NCBI GenBank assembly: GCA_963667775.1 | Contig: OY764015.1 | Location: 945,168 to 1,009,167, forward strand | Length of the DNA stretch: 64,000 bases | Direction of reading: 5' to 3' | Origin: an uncultured Trichococcus sp. | GTDB taxonomy: Bacteria > Bacillota > Bacilli > Lactobacillales > Aerococcaceae | Part shown: one piece after another, positions 50,741 through 60,948 of the stretch | Position numbering within the stretch: position 1 is the stretch's first letter | Layout of the letters: every line of letters starts with the position of its first letter | The notes under the pieces: model-generated | What the model saw: only the letters and a program-made list of their open reading frames with translations | What the model was told of the DNA's origin: nothing | The model's database searches: none | Program-made: the position numbers and the translations under genes

Positions 50741-51543
50741 TAGAATTCCCCTCCAAATGGGCGATCTTCATTGATCACGATGTTCTCGATTTTCGTGCAC
50801 TTGCCGGTCTGGTCATTGATTTCAATATAGCAACCGGAAAGCAATTTCCTGCCCTTTTCGGGCACTTCATGACGGATCGGCATTTGCGTCAGAAATTTCT
50901 GGATGATGATCTCTTTTTCGACGCCCAGGATGCTGTCGTAAGCCCCGGTCATTCCAGCATCCGTCAGATAGCCTGTCCCGTCAGGCAAAATGCGCGCATC
51001 ATTTGTCTGTACATGCGTATGCGTGCCGACCACAGCCGAAACGCGACCGTCCAAATACCAGCCCATCGCTTGTTTTTCGCTGGTCGTTTCAGCATGGAAA
51101 TCGACAAAGATACAATTCGTTTCCTTGCGGACCTGCTCCAGTATTTCATCCGCTTTACGGAAAGGATCGTCCAGGCTGTTCATGAAGACACGGCCGTGCA
51201 GATTCACCACAGCCAATTTCAGTTGATTCACTTTTATGATCGTCCAGCCGATGCCGGGAGTGCCTTCCGGAAAATTTGCCGGACGGATCATCTTGTTGGC
51301 TGTGCCGATAAATTCGAATATGTCACGGTTATCCCAAGTGTGGTTCCCCATGGTGATGACATCGACACCGGTCTGCAAAAATTCTTTGTAAATTTTTTCC
51401 GTAATGCCTCTGCCGCCAGCCGCATTCTCACCGTTCACAACGGTCACTTGCGGACGGTAATGTTTCTTCAGTAGCGGGAGTGTATCCTGCAGCATTTGTC
51501 TGCCGATTGAACCTACGACATCCCCAATAAATAGTAATTTCAT
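50737..51543 (-). CDS. ymdB: YmdB-family metallophosphoesterase (2',3'-cyclic-nucleotide phosphodiesterase, TIGR00282 type)
   Basis: MKLLFIGDVVG, GENAAGG, GNHTWD and DFHAE motifs. Confidence 0.88.
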   Translation of the reverse strand: MKLLFIGDVVGSIGRQMLQDTLPLLKKHYRPQVTVVNGENAAGGRGITEKIYKEFLQTGVDVITMGNHTWDNRDIFEFIGTANKMIRPANFPEGTPGIGWTIIKVNQLKLAVVNLHGRVFMNSLDDPFRKADEILEQVRKETNCIFVDFHAETTSEKQAMGWYLDGRVSAVVGTHTHVQTNDARILPDGTGYLTDAGMTGAYDSILGVEKEIIIQKFLTQMPIRHEVPEKGRKLLSGCYIEINDQTGKCTKIENIVINEDRPFGGEFY

Positions 51544-51630
51544 CTTCAGCCTCTTCTCTAAATTCTAGTCTTTTTATAGTAACATATTTTGTCTGTTTCG
51601 ATAAGCCGTTGCCCCCATGCCCATGAAAAG

Positions 51631-51660
51631 CAAAAAACGGGACAATTGCATGTCCCGTTT
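51631..51660 (-). terminator. Intrinsic terminator between rny and ymdB
   Basis: Minus strand reads AACGGGACA-TGCAAT-TGTCCCGTT followed by T-rich TTTTGCTTTT. Confidence 0.85.
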
Positions 51661-51669
51661 GGTATTTCA

Positions 51670-53229
51670 TTATTTGGCATATTCAATTACTCTTGTTTCG
51701 CGTATAACCGTAACCTTGATGTGTCCCGGATAATCTAGTTCTTCTTCGATTTTCTTTCTAATCTCGCGAGCTACGCGTATAGCTTTAGAATCGTCAAGTT
51801 GATCTGGCTTGACCATCACGCGGATCTCTCTTCCTGCCTGGATAGCAAAACTGCTTGCCACGCCTTCAAAACTGTTGGCAATTCCTTCCAGTTTCTCTAA
51901 ACGACGGATGTAATTTTCAAGAGATTCACTTCTTGCGCCCGGACGAGCAGCAGATAAAGCGTCAGCAGATGCGACCAATACTGAAATGATTGAGTTTGCT
52001 TCAACATCGCCATGATGCGAGGCAATCGCGTTGATAACAACCGGATTTTCTTTGTATTTCTGGGCGATTTCTGCGCCTATTTCAACGTGTGAACCCTCTA
52101 TTTCATGATCGAGAGCTTTTCCGATGTCATGCAATAGTCCGGCACGTTTGGCCAGGTTGATGTCTTCGCCTAGTTCTCCCGCCATTACGCCGCAAAGTTT
52201 TGCGACTTCGATACTGTGGTTAAGGACGTTTTGTCCATAACTAGTCCGGAAATGAAGACGTCCCAAAATTTTGATCAGATCAGGATGCAAAGAATGGATG
52301 CCAACTTCAAAAGTTGCTTGTTCGCCGATTTCTCTTATGCGTTCATCCATGTCCTTACGAGCTTTCTCAACCGCTTCCTCAATCCTTGCAGGATGGATAC
52401 GTCCATCTTGAATTAATTTCTCCAAAGTCATTTTCGCGATTTCTCTTCGGATAGGATCAAATCCGCTTAACACGACCGCTTCGGGCGTATCATCGATGAT
52501 CAGGTCGATACCTGTCAAAGTCTCCAAAGTCCGAATATTTCTTCCTTCGCGGCCAATGATCCGGCCTTTCATGTCATCGTTGGGCAACGTAACGACTGAA
52601 ACCGTTGCTTCCGAAACCAAATCGGCGGCACTTCTTTGAATCGCCTGCAGGATAATGTTTTTCGCATTACGATCTGCTTCATCTTTCGCTTTTTGGTCAG
52701 ACTCTCTGATCATGACCGCAATCTCGTGCGAAAGTTGATTTTCCGTTTCGTCCATGATGATCTTTCTTGCTTCTTCACGCGACAAGGTAGCGATTCTTTC
52801 CAGTTCATGTTGTTGCTCTTCCACCAATGCTTGAATGCGATTTTCCTCAGAAACTAAAGCGTTTTGTCTTTTGACAAGATTATCCTCTTTTGACTCGATA
52901 GATTGCTCACGTTTCGATAGACTGGCATCTTTTCTATCCAAATTTTCTTCTCTTTGGATCAATCGATTTTCTTGTTTTTGAACCTCACCGCGTCGTTCAC
53001 GTAACTCATCTTCTATTTCCGAGCGGTATTTGTGGTTCTCGTCCTTCGCCTCTAACATAGCTTCTCTTTTCGTTGTTTCTGCTTCTTTACGAGCGTCTTC
53101 AAGAATCTGGGAAGCGGTATTTTTGGCACCAGCTATTTCTTTTTCGTGATTCGATTTTCGATATAAATATCCGACAGCGACACCAACAATTAAAGCTATG
53201 ATAGCGAAGGCTAAAGTCCATAAATCCAT
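51670..53229 (-). CDS. rny: Ribonuclease Y
   Basis: N-terminal TM segment, coiled coil, KH domain ([12 protein letters not shown]) and HD domain (LLHDIGKA). ATG at 53229 follows a GGAGGTG SD. Confidence 0.93.
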   Translation of the reverse strand: MDLWTLAFAIIALIVGVAVGYLYRKSNHEKEIAGAKNTASQILEDARKEAETTKREAMLEAKDENHKYRSEIEDELRERRGEVQKQENRLIQREENLDRKDASLSKREQSIESKEDNLVKRQNALVSEENRIQALVEEQQHELERIATLSREEARKIIMDETENQLSHEIAVMIRESDQKAKDEADRNAKNIILQAIQRSAADLVSEATVSVVTLPNDDMKGRIIGREGRNIRTLETLTGIDLIIDDTPEAVVLSGFDPIRREIAKMTLEKLIQDGRIHPARIEEAVEKARKDMDERIREIGEQATFEVGIHSLHPDLIKILGRLHFRTSYGQNVLNHSIEVAKLCGVMAGELGEDINLAKRAGLLHDIGKALDHEIEGSHVEIGAEIAQKYKENPVVINAIASHHGDVEANSIISVLVASADALSAARPGARSESLENYIRRLEKLEGIANSFEGVASSFAIQAGREIRVMVKPDQLDDSKAIRVAREIRKKIEEELDYPGHIKVTVIRETRVIEYAK

Positions 53230-53322
53230 AGTTTCACCTCCGTATCTATTTAATTTTGTTGTCAAAAAAATGAATAAAAATTAGTTTTACAATGTGCAGA
53301 ATGAAGCGATGCACATAAATTC

Positions 53323-53351
53323 ATTCTAAACGTAGAATACTGACATGTCAA
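53323..53351 (-). promoter_or_regulatory. Sigma-A promoter of rny
   Basis: TTGACA, 17 nt spacer, TAGAAT on the minus strand, about 90 nt upstream of the rny start. Confidence 0.65.
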
Positions 53352-53415
53352 CGATAAAACGGTAACATAAACAAAATACATGTTTTTCTGTTCCAATATT
53401 GCCTTTTTTTCCACC

Positions 53416-53454
53416 AAAAAAAGGCAGAGGCCAAGATTTTGGCCCCGACCTCTT
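53416..53454 (-). terminator. Intrinsic terminator after recA
   Basis: Minus strand reads AGAGGTCGGGGCCAA-AATC-TTGGCCTCTGCCT followed by T7. Confidence 0.8.
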
Positions 53455-53466
53455 GAAAAACATTTT

Positions 53467-54537
53467 TTAATCGTCCAACAGATCGACCGATTCAACCAGC
53501 TCGTCTTTTTCGTTTGCTTGTGCTTCTATCGCTTTTTTATCACCTATGCCGTATTCATCACGGACAAGTTTTTCGATTTCAGCTCGCATCTCTGTGTGTT
53601 CAAGCAGGAATTTTTTTGCATTTTCGCGGCCTTGGCCGATGCGCTCGCCTTTATAGGCGTACCATGCACCGCTCTTATTGACGATATCCTTTTCGGAAGC
53701 CATATCGATGATTTCGCCGACCTGGGAAATGCCTTCGCCGTACATGATGTCCACTTCAGCTGTCCTGAATGGCGGCGCAACTTTATTTTTGACTACTTTG
53801 ATCTTTGTGCGGTTACCCATGATGTCTGTTCCGCTCTTGATCTGTTCCGCTCTTCTGACTTCCAGACGGATAGTAGCGTAAAATTTAAGCGCTCTTCCTC
53901 CCGGTGTCGTTTCCGGATTGCCGAACATGATGCCGATCTTCTCGCGGACCTGGTTGATGAAGATGGCGATCGTTTTTGTTTTGTTGATCGATCCGGACAG
54001 CTTCCGCAAAGCTTGGGACATCAGACGTGCTTGCAGGCCCATATGGGAGTCTCCCATTTCGCCTTCGATTTCAGCACGCGGAACCAATGCGGCAACTGAG
54101 TCGATGACCACAATGTCGACAGCCCCGGATGAAACCAAAGCATCAGCGATTTCCAGCCCTTGCTCACCTGTATCCGGTTGGGAAAGCAACAATTCGTCGA
54201 TGTCCACGCCCAAAGCCGCAGCATATTTTGGATCCAAAGCATGCTCAGCATCGATGAACGCAGCAACGCCGCCCTTTTTTTGCACTTCAGCAATCGCATG
54301 GAGCGCAACGGTTGTTTTACCTGATGATTCAGGACCGTACACTTCGATGATACGGCCTCTCGGATAGCCGCCCACACCCAACGCAACATCAAGAGCCAAC
54401 GAACCACTTGGTACAGTGGATATTTGTGTGTCCACCTTTTCGCCAAGCTTCATGACTGACCCTTTACCAAAATTTCTTTCTATCTTTTTCAGAGCCTCAT
54501 CCAAGGCTTTTTGTCTATTATCATTTAAATTAGCCAT
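53467..54537 (-). CDS. recA: Recombinase RecA
   Basis: Walker [10 protein letters not shown], the [10 protein letters not shown] motif and loop L2 region. GGAGG SD. Confidence 0.95.
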   Translation of the reverse strand: MANLNDNRQKALDEALKKIERNFGKGSVMKLGEKVDTQISTVPSGSLALDVALGVGGYPRGRIIEVYGPESSGKTTVALHAIAEVQKKGGVAAFIDAEHALDPKYAAALGVDIDELLLSQPDTGEQGLEIADALVSSGAVDIVVIDSVAALVPRAEIEGEMGDSHMGLQARLMSQALRKLSGSINKTKTIAIFINQVREKIGIMFGNPETTPGGRALKFYATIRLEVRRAEQIKSGTDIMGNRTKIKVVKNKVAPPFRTAEVDIMYGEGISQVGEIIDMASEKDIVNKSGAWYAYKGERIGQGRENAKKFLLEHTEMRAEIEKLVRDEYGIGDKKAIEAQANEKDELVESVDLLDD

Positions 54538-54586
54538 CTATTGTTTCCTCCAAGCTTTCATTTGCATGCATTAACACCACAACGTA

Positions 54587-54615
54587 ATACTATCCTTTTC
54601 TGGACAAAAAAGCAA
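54587..54615 (-). promoter_or_regulatory. Putative sigma-A promoter of recA
   Basis: TTGCTT, 17 nt spacer, TAGTAT on the minus strand, about 50 nt upstream of the recA ATG. Confidence 0.55.
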
Positions 54616-54623
54616 GAATAAAG

Positions 54624-54637
54624 TGAACAGATGTTCG
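54624..54637. promoter_or_regulatory. LexA operator (Cheo box) of recA
   Basis: CGAACATCTGTTCA on the minus strand is a perfect GAAC-N4-GTTC palindrome. It lies 10 bp upstream of the putative -35, the usual place for the Firmicute recA SOS box. Confidence 0.65.
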
Positions 54638-54640
54638 TTT

Positions 54641-55897
54641 TTATTCCTTGAGATCAGAATCCATCAAATTCCGCCGAATCATATCAAATCCCTGCATGAC
54701 CGCCTGTTCCCTGTTCCCAAGGCGATCGCGCGAAAAGCGGAAGCTTTGGACGGCGGTCGGTCCATTTTTTTGGCTCAGGGCAATCCATACAGTCCCGGCC
54801 GGCTTATTCTCCAAATGATCAGGCCCGGCAACGCCCGTGAAAGAAATGGCCAACTGGGTGTCAAACAGTTCGCGCGCACGCTCAGCCATCGCCACAGCGC
54901 ACTCCGGGCTGACCATTCCGTGTGTCTCGAGGACGTGCGCCGGAACGCCCAGAACCTGTTGTTTAGCACCCTCTTGGTAGGAAACAATGCCTCCGGCGAA
55001 AACTTCGCTGATGCCCGGAACCTTGACAAGTTCCGCTTGAAAAAGCCCTCCGGTCAAACTCTCGGCCGCACTGATGGAGCGTTTGCTCTCCAGCAGTTTC
55101 TTGCCTACCACTTCGGCAAGGCTGGATCCGTCTCCGTCACCATAGTAATATTCCCCAACGACCGCCAATATTTCCGCTTTTTTTTCATCCAACAACTCCC
55201 TGCAAATTGCTTCTGTCGCAGCGTTTGCGGTGAGTCTCAAGGTCACTTCGTATTTCCCGGCATATGGCGCTATCGTCGGGTTGGTCTGATTGCGGATCAG
55301 TTCATCCAACTGCGTCGTCAAGGTAGATTCGCCGATTCCGAAAAAACGGAGCGTCGTCGATGAGATGACTTGCTGATCTTCGTATTTGCTGGAGAGGAAC
55401 GGTTTCACAAACTGCCGGAACATCTGCTCAAGCTCTCTTGGCGGTCCAGGCAGCAGCAAATAGCCTTTCCCATTTATTTCGACATAGGTGCCGAGCGCCT
55501 GTCCGATCGGATTCGCGAAGACAATGCCGTCCCTGAATACCAATGCTTGACGCTCATTGTTCTGCGTCATGCGCCTTCCCGAACGGTCGAACCATTGCCG
55601 GATATGCATCAACCCCTCTTCATCCATGACGAGCTCTTCTCCAAGGTGATCCGCCACCGTCTGTTTGGTCAAGTCGTCCTGGGTGGGACCGAGCCCCCCT
55701 GTGAAAATCAGCAGTTCACTCCGTGATTCAGCTATTTTGATCACTTCTTTTATTTTCCCCGGATTATCGCCGACAACCGTCTGAAAATAGGAGTCTATGC
55801 CCAAACCGGTCAGTTCTTTGGCGATGAACGCTGCATCCGAATTCACTATTTGTCCCATCAACAATTCCGTTCCGACCGAAATGATTTCTGCATTCAT
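54641..55897 (-). CDS. cinA: CinA: competence/damage-inducible protein (MoCF-binding domain plus nicotinamide-nucleotide amidase)
   Basis: MNAEIISVGTELL.GQI.N N-terminus and the C-terminal PncC domain (AESLTGG). The track's 29-codon upstream extension has no SD. Confidence 0.88.
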   Translation of the reverse strand: MNAEIISVGTELLMGQIVNSDAAFIAKELTGLGIDSYFQTVVGDNPGKIKEVIKIAESRSELLIFTGGLGPTQDDLTKQTVADHLGEELVMDEEGLMHIRQWFDRSGRRMTQNNERQALVFRDGIVFANPIGQALGTYVEINGKGYLLLPGPPRELEQMFRQFVKPFLSSKYEDQQVISSTTLRFFGIGESTLTTQLDELIRNQTNPTIAPYAGKYEVTLRLTANAATEAICRELLDEKKAEILAVVGEYYYGDGDGSSLAEVVGKKLLESKRSISAAESLTGGLFQAELVKVPGISEVFAGGIVSYQEGAKQQVLGVPAHVLETHGMVSPECAVAMAERARELFDTQLAISFTGVAGPDHLENKPAGTVWIALSQKNGPTAVQSFRFSRDRLGNREQAVMQGFDMIRRNLMDSDLKE

Positions 55898-56050
55898 ATT
55901 TGATCCCTCACATCCATAGTATTCGCTCAAATGAAACAAAAAATTCAAATTGCGTAAAAAAGATAAAGAAAAAGAAGGGCACAAAAGAATAGCGTTTCCT
56001 TTTGTTCGGATTGCAACCTAGCGCAACCCAGCCCTTCTTATTTATAAAAA

Positions 56051-56629
56051 CTACATGGATCCGACAAAGACATGCTTATTTTTGACGAAATAATCCACTC
56101 CTGAGTAGATGGTAAAAACTAAGCAAAGATACAGCATGATATCCGCAACCGGGATACCGGTTGCCTGAAAAGGAAAATTGTCCAGGAACAATAAAATGAT
56201 GGCTATCATTTGTGTCGCCGTCTTGATTTTGCCCGGCCATGCCGCTGCCATGACTTCACCTTCCTTCACAAGCAAAAGGCGCAAGCCTGTAACCGCCAAT
56301 TCCCGGCTGATGATGATGCTGACGACCCACGAAGGGGCCAGGCCTTGACCGACAAGCACAATCAACGCAGTGGCGACAAGCATCTTGTCCGCCAACGGAT
56401 CAGCGAATTTCCCGAAGTTGGTGACCAGCCCGTCCCTTCTGGCGATATATCCATCCAGCCAATCCGTAAAACTGGCAACGGCAAAAATGACGGCTCCGAC
56501 CAGTTGATGGACCGCAATCTGTGATTGGGCAATCGTGAGGATTCCCCAATCGAATGGGACCAAGGTGACGACCATGAACAACGGAATCATCAAAATCCGC
56601 ACCACTGTCAATTTATTAGGTAAATTCAA
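56051..56629 (-). CDS. pgsA: CDP-diacylglycerol--glycerol-3-phosphate 3-phosphatidyltransferase
   Basis: CDP-alcohol phosphotransferase motif DGYIARR..LVTNFGKFADPLADK. TTG start (MNLPNKLT) 9 nt after the AAGGAG SD. Confidence 0.9.
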   Translation of the reverse strand: MNLPNKLTVVRILMIPLFMVVTLVPFDWGILTIAQSQIAVHQLVGAVIFAVASFTDWLDGYIARRDGLVTNFGKFADPLADKMLVATALIVLVGQGLAPSWVVSIIISRELAVTGLRLLLVKEGEVMAAAWPGKIKTATQMIAIILLFLDNFPFQATGIPVADIMLYLCLVFTIYSGVDYFVKNKHVFVGSM

Positions 56630-56658
56630 CTTATGCAACTCCTTTATTGTGCCCTGAC

Positions 56659-57534
56659 TTATTCTGCGCCTTTGACGGTAAAGGATAAGGTCTGGGTCTG
56701 AATCTCTTGATAATCGGCCGGCATTGTGACGACCGTGCCGGCCATTTCGATGATCGTTGCCGGCATCACGCCGACTATCACCTCAATCACGCTTGCATCC
56801 ACTGGCAGCGTGATCGTCAGCGGATTTTCACCGTTCACAATCCCCGTAGGCTCTTGGACTGCCCCGTTTACGCTTACGCTGATCCAAGAACTGCCCCCCG
56901 CCACTGCTGATATTTTCAATTCCGAAGGCAACGACAGACTGGTGACGTCATATTCCGCGTACCCATCGGCAAACGAAACCAGGGTCACCTGCGTTGCTTG
57001 TTCTGTGATACTGTCACTGTCCGTCTGCTCCGTGCTGCTTGAAACTGTCTCTTGCGATGCCATGGTTGTCTGAGTGATGGTTGAAGCCACTTCGATCTGG
57101 ACCTGCTCATCGTCATTGTTCAAGGTGGCCTTCCAGACCACCAGCACGATGGCAACTACCGCCACAGCCAACAAAAACGTCGGCAATTGGCTCTGGACAG
57201 AGCCTCCATAATTAAAATTCGTCTTTTTAGAAGCTCTTTTGGTCTCGGAGCGCGTGGGAGAAAAAGCACCGGAATCCTCCACTTGGCTGCTCCCCTGTAT
57301 TTCCGGAATCACACTTGCATGGTCCCCTAACAAGCGGTCACCATCCAAGCCCACAGTATCTGCGTACTGCTTGATGAAGGCACGGACGTAGAAATTGCCC
57401 GGCATAATCTCAAAATTGCCTTCTTCAATCGCAATCAAATACCGCTTCTGTATTTTAGTCATTTGCTGTAGATCATCCAATGTGTATCCCTTGGAAAGTC
57501 TAGCACTTTTTAGGATTTCCCCAATTTGAACCAT
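56659..57534 (-). CDS. rodZ: RodZ-like cytoskeleton protein (XRE HTH, TM segment, DUF4115)
   Basis: N-terminal HTH (IGEILKSARLSKGYTLDDLQQMTKI), a central TM segment and a Ser/Thr-rich linker. ATG at 57534 lies 5 nt after the AGGTG SD. Confidence 0.75.
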   Translation of the reverse strand: MVQIGEILKSARLSKGYTLDDLQQMTKIQKRYLIAIEEGNFEIMPGNFYVRAFIKQYADTVGLDGDRLLGDHASVIPEIQGSSQVEDSGAFSPTRSETKRASKKTNFNYGGSVQSQLPTFLLAVAVVAIVLVVWKATLNNDDEQVQIEVASTITQTTMASQETVSSSTEQTDSDSITEQATQVTLVSFADGYAEYDVTSLSLPSELKISAVAGGSSWISVSVNGAVQEPTGIVNGENPLTITLPVDASVIEVIVGVMPATIIEMAGTVVTMPADYQEIQTQTLSFTVKGAE

Positions 57535-57620
57535 TTCTTCACCTGCCTTCACTTGCAAACCCAGAAGTTACCATGGGTATTATAACATAAAATCCCTCCA
57601 AAAGGAGTTCCTATACTGTT

Positions 57621-58346
57621 TTACCTGAGCCATCCGCCGGATACGTAAATGGCCTGTCCGGTCATGTAGCGACTGTCTTCCTTCAGAAATTGAGAAACCC
57701 AGAAGCTGATTTCATCCGGTCTTCCCAATCTGCCCAGTGGTATTTCCTCAAGAAGAGCCTCTTTTTCATCGTTTTCCAAATGAGCGTTCATCTGCGTATC
57801 GATTGCTCCCGGGCAAATGGCATTGACGGTCACTCCGAGAGAGGCAACTTCTTTGCTGTAGGCTTTCACGAAAGCGATCTGAGCCCCTTTGACGGTGCTG
57901 TAGAGCACTTCGAGCCCACTGCCTGCTTCTCCATAGACGGAGCTGATGAAAACAATACGTCCGTTGTGTGAGCGGGCGATTTTCCCCTGTAGCGCCTGGA
58001 TGATCAGGATAGGCATTTTGACGTGGGTCGCCCACAAGACATCCATCTGCGATGAAGTCATGTCCTGAAGCAACCCATATTCGGTCTTGCCGTGTGCAAA
58101 AACAATTGCTTGGAGCGAGAAGATATGGTCAGCAAGTTTCGAAACTCCCGCTTCATCGGTAAAATCCAGGCAGATCGGATAAAATTCCTGTTCCGGATAG
58201 GCCGATTGCAGTTCGGCCTGCAGCAGATTGATTTTTTCTCGATTGGAATGATAATGCAGGTAAAGCGACCAGCCTGAGCGGGCCAGATCCCTTGCGATGG
58301 ATGTCCCGATATCCCCGGAGGCCCCCGTCACCAAAGCAGCTTTCAT
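57621..58346 (-). CDS. ymfI: Short-chain dehydrogenase/reductase, YmfI-like
   Basis: TGASGDIG cofactor motif and the YSTVK catalytic motif. Overlaps the ymfH stop by 4 nt. Confidence 0.8.
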   Translation of the reverse strand: MKAALVTGASGDIGTSIARDLARSGWSLYLHYHSNREKINLLQAELQSAYPEQEFYPICLDFTDEAGVSKLADHIFSLQAIVFAHGKTEYGLLQDMTSSQMDVLWATHVKMPILIIQALQGKIARSHNGRIVFISSVYGEAGSGLEVLYSTVKGAQIAFVKAYSKEVASLGVTVNAICPGAIDTQMNAHLENDEKEALLEEIPLGRLGRPDEISFWVSQFLKEDSRYMTGQAIYVSGGWLR

Positions 58347-59644
58347 TGCTGTTTTGCCCCCTTCTGGAGGATCACATAAGTGCTCATCCTTTGTTCTTTG
58401 AGGTATCCCTCGGCAAATCTTCGGATGTCCTCCAGACTGGTTTCTTCGATCAACGGAACGACTTCGAAAAGTTCCGCTCCGGAAAACAGCAATGTGCTGT
58501 AGTGATTTGCGATGTATTCCAGGGAATTGAAAGCCTGCAGTTGTTCTCCGATCATGCTCTTCTTCAGCAAATCAAATTTCTCATCCGTCAGATTAGCATC
58601 CGTTTCCCAATCCAACAGAATCCGTTTCAGCTTTTCCTCCAGCAGTTCCGGTTCTTCCGTATCCGATTCGACTGCCATAAAATGGAAGGAACGATCCAGA
58701 TTGAAGGAATACCCAAAACTGTCATCGATCAAACCGCTGTCGTATAGATCAATGAAATGCGTGGAGCTCCGGCCGAAAAGCAGTTCCAGCAAGAGCGAAC
58801 CATAGATTTTATATTCTTCGGCTTGGTTTCCGGTCACCTCCGCATCCAAACCTTTCACGCCAAGCATCACTTTCGGACGCTGCACATCCATTTCGATTAC
58901 TTTGTAAGGAATGATGTCCTGGATTGCGGCTGGCGGCAAAGTGCGCTGGATCGGCTTGGCTGGAAGAAACGTCTTGCCAGCTTGGTTTTGTTTGATCGTA
59001 TCCATCATTTCTTCGGGAGGGAAATTACCGATCATCAATAGGTTCATGTTGGACGGATGGTAGAACGTGTCATAACAGATTTGCAGCAATTCCGGCGAGA
59101 TTGCCTGGATGCTATCCACCGTTCCGGCTATGTCCACCGAGAGCGGGTGTTCGGGATAGAGGTTTCGCAGCAGACCGTAAAAAAGTTGCCATCCCGGATT
59201 ATCTTCATACATGCGGATTTCTTGGGCAATGATGCCTTTTTCCTTTTCAGTGCCTTCCGCCGTGAAATGCGGGTCTTGAACGAAGTCAAGCAGGCTGTTT
59301 GTGTTTTCTTCGATATTATCCGTGGCCGAAAAGAGATAGCTTGTCCGCGTGAAGGAAGTGAAGGCATTCGCCGAAGCGCCGTACTTCGCAAAGTCTTCAA
59401 AAGCATCATGTTCTTCACCTTCAAACAATTTGTGCTCAAGGAAATGTGCGATGCCGTCTGGAATCTTGATTTCCTTGTCTCCGTTTATCGGCACAAACTG
59501 GTTATCGATCGAGCCAAAATTCGTGGTGAAGATGCCGTAGGTTTTTGAATACTTATTTTTCGGAATCAATACTACTTGCAATCCGTTTTCCAATACTTCC
59601 GTATAGACTGTTTCGTTAAGAGCCTCATAGTGTACTTTATTCAT
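58343..59644 (-). CDS. ymfH: M16-family zinc peptidase, catalytic subunit (YmfH-like)
   Basis: Intact inverted zinc motif HFLEH followed by downstream Glu residues. 433 aa. Confidence 0.85.
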   Translation of the reverse strand: MNKVHYEALNETVYTEVLENGLQVVLIPKNKYSKTYGIFTTNFGSIDNQFVPINGDKEIKIPDGIAHFLEHKLFEGEEHDAFEDFAKYGASANAFTSFTRTSYLFSATDNIEENTNSLLDFVQDPHFTAEGTEKEKGIIAQEIRMYEDNPGWQLFYGLLRNLYPEHPLSVDIAGTVDSIQAISPELLQICYDTFYHPSNMNLLMIGNFPPEEMMDTIKQNQAGKTFLPAKPIQRTLPPAAIQDIIPYKVIEMDVQRPKVMLGVKGLDAEVTGNQAEEYKIYGSLLLELLFGRSSTHFIDLYDSGLIDDSFGYSFNLDRSFHFMAVESDTEEPELLEEKLKRILLDWETDANLTDEKFDLLKKSMIGEQLQAFNSLEYIANHYSTLLFSGAELFEVVPLIEETSLEDIRRFAEGYLKEQRMSTYVILQKGAKQQ

Positions 59645-60905
59645 CTGTAGCCTCGCCTTTCAAGAAAAATATCGCTTGCAAAGTCATTTTATCCGCAACA
59701 GCAACAATCTGCTCCTTCGTCACCGCATTCAAGCCGGCGATCCACTCCTCCTGCGAGAGAGGATTTTCTATAATGAGGATGTCCTGGTACCGCTTCGCCA
59801 AGCTTCTGCCTTGATAATCGTCATTTTGTTTGTAGTGGTTGATCAGCATGCTTTTTGTTTGTGCAATCAGCGCATCCGGGAAATCACCCGCTTGCATATC
59901 CTGCAGTTGTGCTAAAACAATTGCCTCGACTTGATCGCGTTTATCAAACTCAATTCCGGTGCCGACAGTCATGATTCCACGCAGGAAGTCCAACCCACTT
60001 GAAGCCGTGTAGGCCAAACTCTCTTTCTCACGGACATTCTGGAACAGTTTTGAATGCGGGAATCCCCCAAACAATCCATCAAAAACCAACCCGGCAAAAT
60101 AATGGTCGTTCATGTAATAGACGGGGGAGGAGAAGCCGAAAAACAGCTTGCCTTGATTGATGTCTTGGGCTTCGCTTGAACTAACGGGTTCCATATTTTT
60201 TTCGCGGTGATAGAATACCTCTTTTTCGATTTCTCTTCTGTCCGAAAGCTTCTGGGCAGCCAATATTTTCAGTATCCGTTCGGGCGCAACATCACCCGAA
60301 ACGAGGATATCCAGTTGATTCGACCCGATCATCTCTTTATAGCAATCGAACAGGCTGCCCGCTGTAATATCCTCAAGGAACCCTGCGTCACCTATGCCTT
60401 GATAAGCTTGATCCGTTCCCTCGAACAGCACTTGGTTTAAGCGCATCCGCGCATAAGCTGACTTATCTTCGATAAGCGATTCGAAATAATTTTTCAGATT
60501 TCCCTTTTCCCTCAGAAAAGTCTTCTCATGGAACTTGCCATCCTCGGCATTGGGCCTGAAAATGATTTCTTCCAGAAAAGCGAACGCCTCTTCCAAAAGT
60601 GTGTCGTCGCCTCCGATAAATTTATCATTGACGACGGACAAACTCATCGTCACAACATGCTGCTTGCCGAAGCGTTGGGATTGCGTATGCAGCGTCGCAC
60701 CGTAAAGGCTGGCCAATTTCAAATCCATCTCGTTTTGGCTGGGGTACTGCTCGCTGTTCGTTTCAAGCATATTCTTCACTAAAGAACGCTCCGTTGCAGT
60801 TTTACCGCTGAAGATCGTCCTGAATTTGTACTGGATCAATACGGTTTTGTATTTGTCGGAAGGCTCAATATAGGCCGTAACACCTTGCTTTAATTTATAT
60901 TCCAT
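59637..60905 (-). CDS. ymfF: M16-family peptidase-like protein, non-catalytic partner (YmfF-like)
   Basis: M16 fold pattern, but the HxxEH position reads LVKNMLE, so the metal ligands are missing. Overlaps ymfH by 8 nt. The start is either the ATG at 60905 or the GTG at 60914. Confidence 0.78.
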   Translation of the reverse strand: MEYKLKQGVTAYIEPSDKYKTVLIQYKFRTIFSGKTATERSLVKNMLETNSEQYPSQNEMDLKLASLYGATLHTQSQRFGKQHVVTMSLSVVNDKFIGGDDTLLEEAFAFLEEIIFRPNAEDGKFHEKTFLREKGNLKNYFESLIEDKSAYARMRLNQVLFEGTDQAYQGIGDAGFLEDITAGSLFDCYKEMIGSNQLDILVSGDVAPERILKILAAQKLSDRREIEKEVFYHREKNMEPVSSSEAQDINQGKLFFGFSSPVYYMNDHYFAGLVFDGLFGGFPHSKLFQNVREKESLAYTASSGLDFLRGIMTVGTGIEFDKRDQVEAIVLAQLQDMQAGDFPDALIAQTKSMLINHYKQNDDYQGRSLAKRYQDILIIENPLSQEEWIAGLNAVTKEQIVAVADKMTLQAIFFLKGEATDE

Positions 60906-60948
60906 CCATTTCACGTCCTGTAAGCTATTTTATTTGTCGATAGGGAAA

